A stretch of 64,000 bases of DNA from the NCBI GenBank assembly GCA_013239625.1, contig MU054187.1, forward strand, positions 14,480,974 to 14,544,973. The letters are read 5' to 3'. The notes below the pieces were generated by a model. It saw only the letters and a list, made by a program, of their open reading frames with translations, was not told where the DNA came from and searched no databases. The DNA comes from Lama guanicoe (lineage: Eukaryota). A program made the translations under genes and the position numbers. Positions 41,144-55,104 of the stretch are shown piece after piece; positions within the stretch are counted from its first letter, which is position 1, and each line of letters starts with the position of its first letter.

Positions 41144-42597
41144 CGCCTCCATCAAGTCACAGAAGGAAACCTGTCTTCAGTATCTCTGTCAGATGATAAG
41201 GCTACTTCCACTATATCACCAAAGGTAGGATACTTATTACTTACACTTCGGACAGTAATGTTAGGAAATACTTTATGTGGAGCCAACAATTAACTATCTC
41301 TGTTGACTTTTGATCCACAACTCACAGGAAAAGTTTTTTTTCTTTCAAAGAAAAATATCATGCAGTCCTATTCCTTCTTCTTTTTCTTCCTCTTTTTTAA
41401 AAATCAGAGATGATTACACCTCAAGTTCAAAAATCTACCATAAAGGGGGTTGGTTTTTTGTTTGGTTGGTTGGTTGGTTGGTTGGTTCCCAAGAAGAGAC
41501 TCTGGAGACAGAGGCAATAAAGGAACAGAAAAAAAAAAAAAAAAAAAAAAAAACACATAAGGACTCTAGATTGGAGAAAAGAAGCAATACCAAAGAAAAA
41601 AGTCAAATCAATAAAGGAGTATTTTTGTAGAAGACATGAAAAAAATTATCAAACTCTGCAGACAATTTCATTCATAAGAGCATGCATTATTTACTAGCAA
41701 ATCTCATTTTGGAAATGAGACCTTTTAAATTTTTTAAATACACACATTCAAAGAGACAGAGAGAAAAGAAAGAACTATATTCAGAAGAAGGGAGAACAAA
41801 TTATGCACAAATGAACCCTTTCTCCATTAACATATAATAAAGTAATTATATGTAATCTATCAAACAATTGTTATTCCTGTCTAATCCCAAGTAAAGTATC
41901 TCATATTATTAAATAAATATATATAAATATTTTATAAATATATAGTTTGTCAAATCTATATTCAGTTAGCTGGCAACTTCTTTCTACCTAAAATGCAGAA
42001 GAAACTCAAAATGTGTAAAGGGAAAAGTAAATTCTGACATCAAAAAATCCTCAAACTAAACAAAGCTCATGCATTTCACACTTACAGGAGACCTCAGGAC
42101 CCAATTCAAAGCCCTGTTAGTCTTACTCTGCTCCCAATTCCAACTACAATATCAGTTTCCAAGACAAAAGCAGTTTAAGAACATTAAACTACAGGAGTGG
42201 GGGCAAGGAGGACAAACACTGTATACACTGACATGCAACAAGAAGCAAGATGATAGCCTAACTGCTAAGGATGATTTGGAAAGTAACAGAGCAGACTTGG
42301 GTGCTCAAGAAACTGATGTCTAGCACAAGGACAAACCACAATCTCACGAGGCTTATAATAATAGTTGTCATTTATATGGTTGACAATGAGTCAACATGTG
42401 AGATTCTTTTATGTTCATAACTGCGGCATCAGCAATCTGTAAAACCTGCCTGTCCAGAACAATTGATTCCCTGAGGGTTGTGGTTAACTATAATTTTTAT
42501 CTTCTACTTTAACTCTTTCAAAAGTTCTCTGACTACTTAAACCAACATATCATAAAGTAATCTTTGATGTTAATAGAGGGTAAAGTGTGTTTGGGTT

Positions 42598-42766
42598 AGT
42601 ATTCCAATGACTGGACATTAAAATCACCAGGGGAACTTATTAAAACACTGGTGTTCAAATTCCCCAACCAGAGATTCTGGTTTAATTAGTTTAGATTGAG
42701 TCTGCCATCAGAGCTGCTAACGCTTTCCAGGACAGCCTGATATCCAGTCAGGGTTGGGAACCACTT
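42598..42766. mobile_element. MER5-like MITE
   Basis: cattaaaatcaccaggggaacttattaaaa; ccagagattctggtttaattag; cagggttgggaaccact. Confidence 0.7.
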
Positions 42767-43160
42767 AGATAAATAATCCTCTAAATGACATCTTTAAGGA
42801 GTCTTTAGAGGAATACAGTAAGCAGCATTTCCCAAATTTGTCTTCAAGTCCATTTTTCATGGGGCACCTAATGGTACTCACTTTGGTAATTCTTCAGCTA
42901 AAAATCAAGGTAAATATTAAGTTTAGAATCAAATTTCCAAATTTTTTAAAAGCTCTGCTGTGCTCATCAGTGCCAGGAGAAGTGAGAGAAGGAAAAGGCT
43001 CACTTTTACACGGCTGTCACATTTTTTATTATATTACAAAAACTCCAAGTGAAGGATTTTAACTAAAAAACTTAATAGCTTATTTAAATGATGTTTTCAT
43101 TAAATCTGTGACTCAAAAGCATTCATACATTGTGAAAGCTAATTTGAAAGATAAATTCAT

Positions 43161-43176
43161 GCTGCCCTCTAATGGG
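43161..43176 (-). promoter_or_regulatory. Possible CTCF motif (CCCATTAGAGGGCAGC)
   Basis: One mismatch to the CCASYAGRKGGCRS core. Confidence 0.3.
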
Positions 43177-44429
43177 TCAAGATAAAATTTTTACCTGGAC
43201 TATACCAGAAATACTAATGATGGAACAATGTTATCATTTCATAAATAGGAAGACTATATTAAATACCATAGAAAGAAAATAAGATTTCACTTTTGGGTGT
43301 GAATGAGCTCAGAAGATTAATTATGACTGCTTTACTCATGCTCAAGACTTTTAAAACGATCAATACATTTTCATCAAGCTGCCATATTTACCTATGCATG
43401 TGGAAATCAAGATGAAAATGTGCACCACCTCTGTGCATTCTGCAGTGGCCATCTCTAACTCAGCTTCTCTTCAAATAAGTCACAGCAGTGGTCTTCAAAC
43501 CTAATGCTCATACCTCATAAAAGAATTTTGAAAACTACATATACTCTTGCTTATTTTGTATTACATCTAAAATTTTAATTAGTATCTAAAATTTTTCATT
43601 AGAAGCTTAGATACTTGCAAAGGATGTACCTTCTGGCTTACTGTAAATATTTGACATTTCAAAATAATAGCACTATGTCACTCATCTAAATGTACCCAAA
43701 GGAATCTAAGTAATATAGCAGGTTGATATATATACTCATCTACTTCAAAAATACATGAATTCTGTTAAATATCAGAAATTTTACATCTTTTTTTTCTTCT
43801 TAAACTTGTCTTTTACTCTACTGTCTCCATAGATTTTTATCCTAATGTTACATTTTATACCTAAAAGTCTTCTATTGCTCACTCTATCATACCTCTATGC
43901 ATCAAAAATATGGACATTAATTTAAATTTTTAGCAGTCTATATTTACTGTGACTATATGCATGAATGTTAAAAAATTTTGTGGAATGAGCTATTATTGTA
44001 GTTATTATTAGCAGATAACTAATGGAACATAAATATCACAAACTATTGATAAATAATTCTTAAACAAAAAGTAAAATCTTTGTGGACATGCTTCTCAGGG
44101 ACATAGGGCTTTAAAAAAAAGTATATTGTATCTAAAGAAAGACTATTTCTTGCTGCTAAATAAGATAGGTTCTCAGTTTTATTTCTATTTCACAGTTTTC
44201 TAGGTATAATCGTCCCTGAAAAACATTATTCACATGAAAAAGTAAATCACACCTAAAAAACAAAAAAAGCAACTCACCCCTAAGTTCTGTTATAATTTTT
44301 TTTCTATGTCACAACTTACACTATGATCTGCCATCAGAAATCATTTTTAATTATTTTAACTGTCAACCAATCCCAAATCAGGCTATCCAAAAAAAAGTCT
44401 TCGTTTCTCAAGTCAAATATGTTTTGGGC

Positions 44430-46445
44430 TTAAAAGAAAAAGATTTTTAGTTGTCTCACAAGGCAAGACCCAACTACATGCCATATACAAGAGACATGCC
44501 AAAAACAGAGAAAGGCTGAAAAAGAAAAGGATACACAAAAGTATCCTAGGTTATTGGAAAGAAAAAGAAAACAGCAATTATTCTCCTGATACCAAAGTAG
44601 AATTCTGGCTAAACATGCACTGATGTCAAAGGACACTTTTTTAATGCTAACATTTGCAATTTTCAATAATACATGAATACCAATGTGCCAATTAATGCAG
44701 CAACCACCATTATGAAGCAAAGACTATAGGAGATTTGAGGAGACATGGAGAGAGGAACACAAATTCTAAGATATTTTAACATACCACTCTTAGTATAACA
44801 CAGATCAAATGAGGAAACCGTATGTAAGGATACAGAACACCAAAGCAACAAAATCTTATAGAAGATCGATCTACCTACCTACCTACCTATCTATCCATAC
44901 ACACACACATATGTAAGTGTACATATATATCAAACTTCACATCCTTTATACTTCCTCTCAGGGGTATTTGCATATTCACACTGATCTTACACTGTATCTC
45001 AAAGAAAGCATGAGTAAGCGCCACAAAAAGAAGTATTACAAAAACCAGCCTTGGATCACAATATAATAAGCCAAAAATTAAAACATTTTAAAAAGAAAAA
45101 GACCCTTCTATTCTGAAATTGAACCTTTATTAAAGAATTTTAACAAGAAAGGGAAAATACAAACGAGAACTATGTATGGAATGACTGACAAAAATGATAA
45201 TGAAAATACTGCAGATGAGAACCTACAGGACACGTGGAAAGCAATGACTGAGGAAACTTCATGGCCTTCAGCAGTTACACCAGTAAAAAGGAAAGCCTTA
45301 CAATAAACATATTAAATTCAACTCAAGAAGCTTTTCTAAAAGTGATATACATTTTTACTAATTTGGGTGTGAGAATCTGTTTGCTCATGTTTTATTTTTT
45401 TTCTTATATATTTATATTTGGTTTTAGACTGCAGTTTCCTTTTCTGTACTCTCTTGCCCAGTTTAGGTATCAATGTTATACTTGTTTTATAAAGAAAAGT
45501 TGGGAATTCCACTTTTGATCTTTATGTAGTCAATATACCATTAAAGCTGTGGACTTCTACAATCTGGTAGATAGAATTCCCCTGTGAAACCATGCGAGTG
45601 AGCCTGATGCTTTTTAATGTGTTTATTAACATTCTCTATTTTCCCCCAATGGATACTGATGCATTTAAGCTTTCTATCTCTAATGGGCCAACTCTGGTGA
45701 ACAGTACTTCCTAGGAAATGATCAATATTGCCTAGGCTTTCAAATACATTTGTACAGAGATCTGCAAAATAGGCTCCTCCACCTTGCTGAAATTTTTCCT
45801 GGTTTCAATGGTCATTTCCTCCTTGCCATTTCTTGGTTGTTTTTTTTTTTTTTTTTTATTTGTGCCTTCTCCATTTTTCCTCCTTGAGAGCTAGCTAGCA
45901 GTCTATTTTGTTAATTTTAAAACTCATGGTTTTGATTTATCAGTTATATCTACTTTTTTCTTTACTTCACTCATTCTGTTTTAATCTTCATTATTTCTTT
46001 CTTTACACTGTCATTTACTCTTTTAAACTAGCTTTTACGATGTTGAGCCATCCTATCCCAGACCAAAAATATCTTTCCATTTGTTGAAGTTTACCTTTAT
46101 GTCTTTCAAGAGTACTCTAAAGCTTTCCTCATATATTTTTGCACATTTCTTTTTAAGTTTATTCCTCAGTATTTCATCTTCTTTGTTGTTATTATAAATA
46201 GAGTTTTTTCCATCATTATATAGTCTACCTATACTTCCTTGTATATATGAAGGCTACTGATTGAAACGAATTGAATTCTTTTGCTGTTTCAATTACTTTC
46301 TAAACCTTATGCCTCTTTTGCTGTTTCAATTACTTTCTAAACCTTATGCCTCTAAACTGCTTTCTCTTTCTCCTCTAATTGCACTGACTAATGTGCCTAG
46401 GACAACACTGAATACTGGAGATGGTGTGCCTTGCTCCTGATTTTT
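44430..46445. mobile_element. Old L1 ORF2 in three pieces of mixed orientation
   Basis: + strand endonuclease region 44430-45332; - strand 45338-46036 (linker, PGPDGF-like); - strand 46040-46445 (RT region). Confidence 0.75.
46277..46353 (+). repeat. Perfect 37-bp tandem duplication
   Basis: tcttttgctgtttcaattactttctaaaccttatgcc at 46277-46313 and 46314-46350, plus tct. Confidence 0.95.
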
Positions 46446-49400
46446 GTGATAAATAAGTTAAAAACCCTCTGATGTACTTTCAAGGTGTCTGTGGTAATTG
46501 CTGTTACAGCATTTACCATCCTGAACTATAATCACCTGTCTTCTCCCACGCTCTACACCCAGGAACAAGGGTGGTATCTCACTCATCTTCATGTTCACCA
46601 ACATCTTGCTTCTCAAGAACTACTCACTGATTGATATTGACGTAATGAATGAATCAATCTATGAATCAATACATTCCTAGTGCCAATGAATCAGAGACAA
46701 AACATGTTCCCAGACAAGAATCAGGAACTGAGAAGTGATGTCAAAATTTGTGGGATCACTTCACACCCGTTAGGATGACTATTACCAAAAAAAAAAAAAA
46801 AGTGTGGGGAATGTGGAGGAATGAGAATCCTTGTATAAAACTACATTTGAATGCTGTGGACTTTATTTTGTAAAGCAAAGGTTTGCCTACAAAATATGGG
46901 AATTGTTCTGTTCCCGCACTCCTTAACAACTTCACGTTGCACTAAACTGTGAATTCTGTACTACTGCTATAAGGCACATCTTCCCCACAATGCGCTGGTC
47001 AAATCAATGCCTTTATCACTTTTTCAACCTCAGCTGCCTTTCTGCTACTTCCGCACCTGGTCATGGACCCCACTCCTGGCTTTAAGCCTTCTGAAGCATG
47101 CCCAACCTTAAGGCACTTCCTAGGACTGACTAAACTTGCTTCCATTAATAGACAATTTGAAATTAAATCTGTGGAGGGGAAAACTCCCTCTCTCCGTTAC
47201 CCCTTTCTTTTCTACTGCTATTATTAGAGTTGCTAGAGGCTCACTGCTATTGATCAGGTGGCATCAAGGGAAAAATGTTCCTTGGAAGCCAACGTTAGAA
47301 CTGTTTACAAGGTACACTGTTCAAATGAGTTTTTACAGGCTTCCTTGGGAACTTTGCCACCATTTATCATAATCTTTCTATGAGAAAATACATTCTAAGT
47401 TTCCAGTAACCAACATAAAAACAAACTTTGGAAAACGGCCTATTCTGATGATCACCCAAAATCTTGCCCAGAATTTATTAGACATAATATTCCATTTCCA
47501 AGAAATCCTATTACTACAGAAACTTCTATAAACATGTAACATAAACTCTCATTATTAAAAGTCATAGTGCTTGCATTAAAAACTATACTTAAATTTCTTT
47601 CTAAATGCAGTTAACATTAAAAACTCCACAAACCCCTCACTAAGAATCAACAGTTGAGGGAAATACATAAGAAGTGATTAAATACTAAGGAGAAACATCT
47701 GGTAGATAATACTGTTTCTCAATTCATAAAGGAACTCTCCAAAACAAAGGAAAAAAAGATACAGAATTTTTCAAATTTCTCAGAGCTAACACTAGCTACC
47801 AACCTATATAAATTTTCTTTGCACAATTCTAGAAATGAATGCACACTCATCTACATGTGACATGCCACCTTAAAACAAGCTTCATAAACTGAACTGTCAT
47901 TTTGCCAAATATTTTCTTAAAACACAAGTAAATAAGCATTGCTAAAGCAAGATTTTGCTCAAGTGAACAAAAAGACAATAACACGTGTGAGATAGCACTG
48001 CTTCAAACACAAAGGGAATTAAGCACTGCACTTGGTTTTCAGAGCCTAAACAACAGACTAATAAAATAAGTCTCAAATAAAAGAACAAAGAGGATGCTAT
48101 TTATTTCCCCTAATCTAGTGTAAAACTTTTTTAAACTTTTAAACCAAATTTTGGACTAGAAAGAGAGATAGTTCTTGTAAAAAGATCTTATATAATAATA
48201 CGAGTAAAATTCACCTTTATGGAAAATAACGCATAAACTTAGTAAAAATAATTCAGAAAGGATCTCAAGAATGTATTTTTTAGAAAGTGACTAAATGAAA
48301 ATCACATTAAGGTCAAGCCAGAATTATAAAAAGTCATCTTTTAAATTTAAGAATTGGTCTTGTGTACTTCTGCTTTTGTTTGCAGGGGTTTCAGGGGGAG
48401 GGAATATGAAAAATGTTAAACTTGTGCGGCATGAAAACAGTTTTCATTTAATAAACATACCAGATATTTTTTAACAGTCTCTAATCCAAAATTAAGTGGT
48501 GAGCCTTAGGCCCGTGTGACTGTTTCCAAGGAGTGTGAAGTCCTGAATTTGTATCATGGGCAATTTATCACCAAGTTATTAGTACTTGAATACTAACTCT
48601 GTGGCAAGTAAACACAAACTAGCCATTCTATAGGGACGAAAGCGAGAAAGTAGAAAGATCAAAGGTAAAACAGGTGGCTATAAAGCAGAAGAGGTATGTG
48701 TAAAGAGGCATGCTGCAAACAATTACATAAAAGGCACAGATTTTCTGAGGCTTGTGTTTAAATCCGAAGCTAATAACTGCTGAAGTACACAGTAGTCTTC
48801 CAGAGAAATGACTCTCCGGGCTGCAATGGCAGTATTGTTCCAAGGTCAACTAAATTCCAACGAAATGCCACGAGTATGCACACTTGTATTATAGACTTGG
48901 TCACCCTCTTCTCTAAGAAATAATAATAGAATCATAGCCTAAGTCTTTTTAACTGTGTATAAATGAAATTTTTTAAATCTCTCAAAATAACATTGTCCTG
49001 GCAAAAACACACTGATATTTAAATTATTTTTAAGGAACTAAAAACACTACGGTAAAATAAGGTAATGGGTCTCCTGTGGTCACAGAATTGTTATACCTAA
49101 TCCTGAAAACAACACTGTGAGGAAGTGCAATTTATTCTCCCCAATTTACAGGTGAGTTAACTGAGAAGCCAAATGTCGAGCATCCTGCTCAAATCCACAC
49201 GGCTAACATTTCAATTCCAGAGTCTGCACTTGCAAGACCAGACTGTATTACCTACAATACAATAAAGACTAGCAATGAAATAACATTTACTAAGGACAGG
49301 CAGAAGCTAAGCAATTTATAGACATATGATTTTATCCTCAAATACTTTATGAGGTAAATAATTTTAGCCCCTAGAAAGATATTTACCATGGCTTTGGCCA

Positions 49401-50431
49401 AATGCTTGAGAGGAAGAGATTAGGTGCTTTTTTAGAAATATTTTTAGCTTCAAAGAAAACTGAGAATTATAAAATGAATTTTTAAGTCAATTTTACTGAG
49501 GTATAATTTACATGTAATGAAATGGGCCTATTTTAAGCTCATAACTAATGAGTTTGACATACAACAATCACCAAAATCAAGATATAGAACATTTCTATCA
49601 CCAGAAGACAGTGTTGACATCTTCTAGGAGAAATGTCCATCTAAGATCTAGGCAACCAATGAACTGCTTTTTGTCATAATGGATTAGTTTCACCTGCTCT
49701 AAAATGTCACAAAAACAGAATCTTATAATTTATATACCACGCGTCTGGCTTTTTGTTCAGCATAGTGCTTTGGGGATTCATTCACTTTGTGGCTTGGATC
49801 AGAAGTTTTTCTACTGAGTTGTATTCCATTTGAACTATGGTTTTAAGCCACATTTCCCTGATAACTAATGGTTTTAAGCATCTTTTCAAGTGTTTATTGG
49901 CCATTCTTCTCTCTTCTTCAATGAAGAATCTAGTCAAATGTTGTGCTCATATTTTAATTATCTCTTTATTGAGTTGTAAGTGTTCATTTATACCATTCTA
50001 GATACAACTCCATCAACATATGTATTGCAAATGTTTTCATCCAGAATATGGTCCTGCTTTTTCACTTTTAAGACAGTGACTTCCAGGTACCAGAAGTTTT
50101 AAATTTTGATGAAGTTTAATTTCTCTATTTTTTTTCTTTTATAATTTGTGTTCTTTGTGTTCTAAGATATCTTTGCCTATCTCTAAAGGAACAGTAAATT
50201 TTCTTTTAGAAGTTTTACAGCTTTATACATGTAGGTCTATGGTCTATTTCTAGTTCGCTTTCCTCTACGGTGTGAGGTGTTGAGGATCATTTTTTCCCAT
50301 CCGGACATCCAACTGTTCTACCACTGTTTTTGGAAAGAGTGGCCTTTGCCTGTTAACACCTTTGTTGAAATTAATTTTGAAAAAAACAAATTGACCATAT
50401 ATGGGTGCATTTGTTTCTTGACTCTTTATTC

Positions 50432-50753
50432 CAGGGATCAGCAAACTTTCTGTAAAGGGCCAAATGGTAAATATTTTGGAATTTGCAAGCCATGAAATCT
50501 GTCATACCTACTCAACTCTACTTCTGTAGCATGACAGCAGCTACAGACAAAACATAAACAAATGATCATGGCTGTGTCCCAATAAAACTTTATTGACAGA
50601 CACTAAAAATTTCAATTTTATCTAAATTTTATGTGTCATTCTTTTCATTTTTTTTCCTCAACAATTTTAAAGTGTTAAAAAATATTCTTAGTTTGCAGGC
50701 CATACAAAAACAGGCAGGCCAGACTTGGTCCATTTGGCCACAGCCAACCTCTG
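50432..50753 (+). mobile_element. MER58B-like MITE nested in L1
   Basis: cagggatcagcaaactttctgtaaagggcc...cccaataaaactttatt...gccaacctctg. Confidence 0.88.
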
Positions 50754-50778
50754 CCCCGTTCTGCTCCACTGATCTATG

Positions 50779-51112
50779 CAGTTGGCCCTCGGTATCTCTG
50801 GGTTACACATTCCCAGATTCAATCAACCACAGGTAGATAATATACAGGAAAAAGAAAAAATCCAGAAAATTCCAAAAAGCAAAACTTGAGTTTGCCACGT
50901 GCCCTGGCAACTATTTAGATAGCATTTACACTGTATTAGGTATTGTAAGTAATCTCGAGATGACTTAAAGAATACGGGAGAATGTGCATAGATTATATGC
51001 AAACACGACACCATTTTATATAAGGGACTTGAGCATCACTGGATTATGGTATCCGTGGGGACTAGGGGTGGGGTTCTGGAACTAATCGTCCACAGATACC
51101 AAGGGACAACTG
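50779..51112 (-). mobile_element. MER2/MER2B-like Tigger MITE nested in L1
   Basis: TIRs cagttggccctcggtatct / agataccaagggacaactg followed by TA; internal ccattttatataagggacttgagcatc. Confidence 0.9.
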
Positions 51113-52357
51113 TATATTACTCCCTATGCCAACATTCCACTGTCTTGATTACTGCAGCTTTTTAGCAAATGTTGAAGTCATGTAGTGTGACCTCTCCAAA
51201 TTTGTTTATCCTTTTCAAAATTGTTTTGGCTACTGCAAATCCTTTACATCTCCACACAAATGTTAATATTATTTTATCAATTTTACAAAAAAAATACCTC
51301 CTAAGATTTTGGCTGGGATTGCATGCACCTTCATGTTAACTTTAGGAAAACTGACATCTTGATATCAAGTGTTCTTTGAGCAATATTTTTTCCCTTTCAG
51401 TATAAAAGTCATGCACATATTTTGTCACATTTAACCCTGAGTGTATGTTTTTATGCTTTTTTAAGATTCCAGTTGTTCAACACTATTAAATAAAAATACT
51501 GTTGATTTTTTGTACATTGACTTTGTAACCTGTGACCTTTGCTCAACTCATTTATTTCAACAGCTTTTCATTTGTGATTTCTTATCATTTTCTACATACA
51601 GCATCATGTCATTTGCAAATACAGTTTTATTTCTTCTCCAGTATTTTCTCCCATTAATTTCTTCTTCATATTACACTTGCTAGAACTCCAGTACAGTGTT
51701 GAATAGAAATGATAATGGTGTATATCACTGATTTGTTCTTCATCTTACAAGTATTCAGTCTTTCACTATAAAACATAATGTCAGCTAGACGTTGTTCAGG
51801 GAAGTCCTTTTATCAGATTAAGTAAATTCTCTTACACTCCTAGTTTGACGAGTCTGGATCATGAATGAGTGCTGATTTTCGTCAAATGCTTTTTGTGTCT
51901 AATAAGATGCTCATACTTTTTTTCTTTATTCTATTATGGTTAATGCTTTCCTAAGATAAACTTCATTTAATCATGGTGTATTACATTATTTAAATTTTCC
52001 TTAATTTAATTTGCTAATATTTTGTTAAGGATTTTATATCTATGATAATGAAAGGATAGTGATCTCAAGTTTTCTCTTTTAAGTTTTTTGTCTGGTCTTA
52101 GTATCAAGATAATGCTGGCCTCATAAAATGAGTTGGGAAGTGTTCCTTTCTTCTGTTTTCTGAGATATTGATATTATTTCTTCTTCAAATGTTGGTAGCA
52201 TTTATAAGTGAAATAATTCAAGATTTCAATTTTCTTTGTGGAAAGTTTCTAAATACAAATTCAACTTCTTTAATAGAGTTCTTGAGTTTTTCTATTTGCC
52301 TTTAAGTTAGTTTTGGTTATTTGTGCCTTCTTATAAATTTGCCCAATTCATTTAAAT

Positions 52358-52546
52358 CAGCAAACTTTTCCTTAAAGGGCCAGACAGTAAACATTCTAAG
52401 CTTGCTGGCCATATTTTGTCATAACTATTCACCTCTGCCATTATAGTTCAAATGCAGCCAAAGATGACACATAAACAAACGGACATGGCTATGTTCCAAT
52501 AAAACTGCAGGCAATGAGCCTGCAGGTCACAGTTTGCCAACCAATA
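52358..52546 (+). mobile_element. MER58A-like MITE nested in L1
   Basis: cagcaaacttttccttaaagggccagacagtaaa...cagtttgccaacc; TSD atttaaat/atctaaat. Confidence 0.88.
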
Positions 52547-53288
52547 ATCTAAATTATCAAATTCATAAAGTCATTCATAAAGCTCCCTTATAATTCTTTA
52601 AATGTTAACAGATTTCCCTGTTTTATTCTTGATATTGGTAATAACAGATCTTTGCCTTCTCTCTTTTTTAGTCTAGCTAGAAATTTACCAATTTTATAAA
52701 TCTTTTCCCAGAAGTAGCTTTTGATTTCATTGATTTTTTTCAAATGCTTGTCTATTTTCAGTGTCACTGGTTTCTGCTCCTATCTTTATTATTTCCTTCT
52801 CTGTATTGTGGATTCAACGTGCTCTTCTCTTTCTAGCTTCTTAGGGTAGACGCCTAAAGCATTAATTTTGGATTTTTTTTTCTCACATAAGCATTTAAAG
52901 ATATACATTCCCCATCCAAGCACTTTAGCTGCACCCACATATTTCAATGTTTCATTTTCATCTTCATTTAGTCCAGAATATTATTCTAATATTTTTGTGA
53001 TTTCTCCTCTGACACATGTATTATTTAGAAATGTTTTTAAATTTCCAAATATTTGTGGAATTTACCAGATACTTTTATGGTATTTATTTCTAACATAATC
53101 CCTTTGTGGACAGATGACACAGTTTGTATTATTTCAATTCTCTTAAACTTATTGAAAATTGTCTCATAGCACAGCATATCATCTGTCTTGCGGAATACTC
53201 CATGTGTACTTGAAAAGAATGTATATTCTGTCATTACGGGATGGAGAGTTTCATAACACTGGTTGACAGTGTTATTGAATTCTATAGA

Positions 53289-53668
53289 TGTCTTAGCTCA
53301 AGCTGGCGTAACAAAACACCATAGACTGGGAGGCTTAAACAACAGACATTTATTTTCTCACAGTTGTGGGGCTGGATGCTAAGGTCAAGATGCTAGAATG
53401 GTCAGTTCCTGATGAGAGAGCTCCCTTCCTGGCTTGTAGACAGCCAATTTCTTATGTCCTCCCTTGTGGGGAGAGGGGAGGTGAGGAGTAGAGAGCTAGC
53501 TGTCTGGTGTCTGTTCTTATAAGGGCACCAATTCCACATTGAGGGCTCTACCTTCATGATCCATCTAAGCCTAACTACCTCCCAAAGACCCTATCTCCAA
53601 GCACCATCACCTTGGGGGGTAGAGCTTCAACATATGAATTTGCGGCATACATAATTCAACCCATAGCA
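53289..53668 (-). mobile_element. MLT1A-like MaLR solo LTR nested in L1
   Basis: tgtcttagctc..taacaaaacaccatagactgggaggcttaaacaacagacatttatt...cttcaacatatgaattt...cccatagca; TG...CA termini. Confidence 0.9.
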
Positions 53669-55104
53669 GCACCCCTACTGTTTTTCTGTCAACTTATTTT
53701 AAGGCCTGTTAGTAGATACATGTATATTTAGAATTGTTGGTCTTCTTGATGATTTTATCCTTTTATAATTGGTAATTTTATCCTTGATAATATTTCTTGT
53801 TCTTAACTCTACTTTGTCTGATATAAATATAGCCACTCCAGCTTTATTATGATTAGTGTTTGCATAAACTATCATTTTCCATCCTTTTACCAATCTGTGT
53901 CTTCATATTTAAAGTGCATTTCTTTACGTATCATATAGTTGTAGTTTCTGCTCTTTTATTCAGTCTGACATTCTCTACCTTTTAACCATAGTGTTTAGAC
54001 CATTTATATTTAACATAATTATCAATATGAGTTTAAATCTATCACACTGTTCTTTGTTTTCTATTTATCCCATGTGTTCATTACTCCCTTTTTCTACCTC
54101 TTTTCTACCTTCTTTTAGATTACAATTTTTTTTATGATTCCACTTTATTTCCACTATCATTTCTTAGCTATTCTCTTTTCTTCACTCTGCATCAGTATGC
54201 TTTGTTAACTTACCACAGCTTCTCTTCACACTGTATTTTATCAGTCCATGTATAATGTAGGAACCTTACCTAGATTTTCTACATGTTTGCAGCAGGAGGG
54301 TAAATCTACTCCCAGTTATTCCACCACGGCCAGAAACATAAGCCACTAAAATGATTTTTTAAATAATTTGATTTTTATCTAATACTTGGGGGAAACAAAT
54401 ATTGGGGGACCTGCTTCATATTTCACTTCAAAGAGAAAAAGCTCTATTTCTACTTCATATAATGAAGAGTGTCACATCTGGTCTAATCAAGCAACGAGTT
54501 TTGTTTTAAAGGATTACAATGACCGCTAATTCCTATTCTTAATGTTAAACATAGCCTGCCTAAGACAAGAGCTTATGACCCAGAATAATCCTTCTTTTAC
54601 CTTAAAATTATCTCCCTGGCTCTCTGATTCCTGGCTTCATTGAATTCCAGTTCATTCTCCCTCGTCTTTGCTTTGGTAACCTATTCAAATTCTCTTCTCT
54701 GGATTATGAGAGCTTTGAAAGACAATGTATTTTAATATTTCTTTATTATGGGTTTAGACTTATTTTCCCCAAATGAAAAACACTGTTAATTTAATTAATG
54801 CAATCTTATGTGAAAACAAGAGGAAAACAGTAAAAGTTTTGTCTTGTAGTCTTTCAATTCTCCATCTATAACGTGATATCCTCATGAAGAAATATCATTT
54901 TTAAAAGAAGTATCATCTTGAAAAGTTCTGACATACATTTTTGTATAAAGCACATGATAAAAGAGAAAGAATATATTCCCCAAACCAAGGGATATAATAT
55001 ACAGGAGGGAAAATTACATATAGAATGAATTCCTGCTTTTCACCACTTCTTATTTCACTCATCCAAGAGGCTTTAGAGTTGTGTCCTTGACTGACTTTTT
55101 CCTA

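Larger units (their letters stand above)
49480..54345 (-). mobile_element. Large decayed L1 (~4.8 kb, sense to STAU2) with four nested insertions
   Basis: 3' end tttactgaggtataatttaca; ORF track fragments TEYTFFSSTHGVF and VKGWKMIVYANTNHNKAGVAIFISDK (L1 endonuclease); gataatgctggcctcataaaatgagttgggaagtgttcc. Confidence 0.92.

Noticed and set aside
41325..41555. Strong minus-strand acceptor (poly-T...ctgtctccag| at 41502)
   Set aside because: Created by a poly(A) run next to a (TGGT)n repeat; only weak donors downstream.
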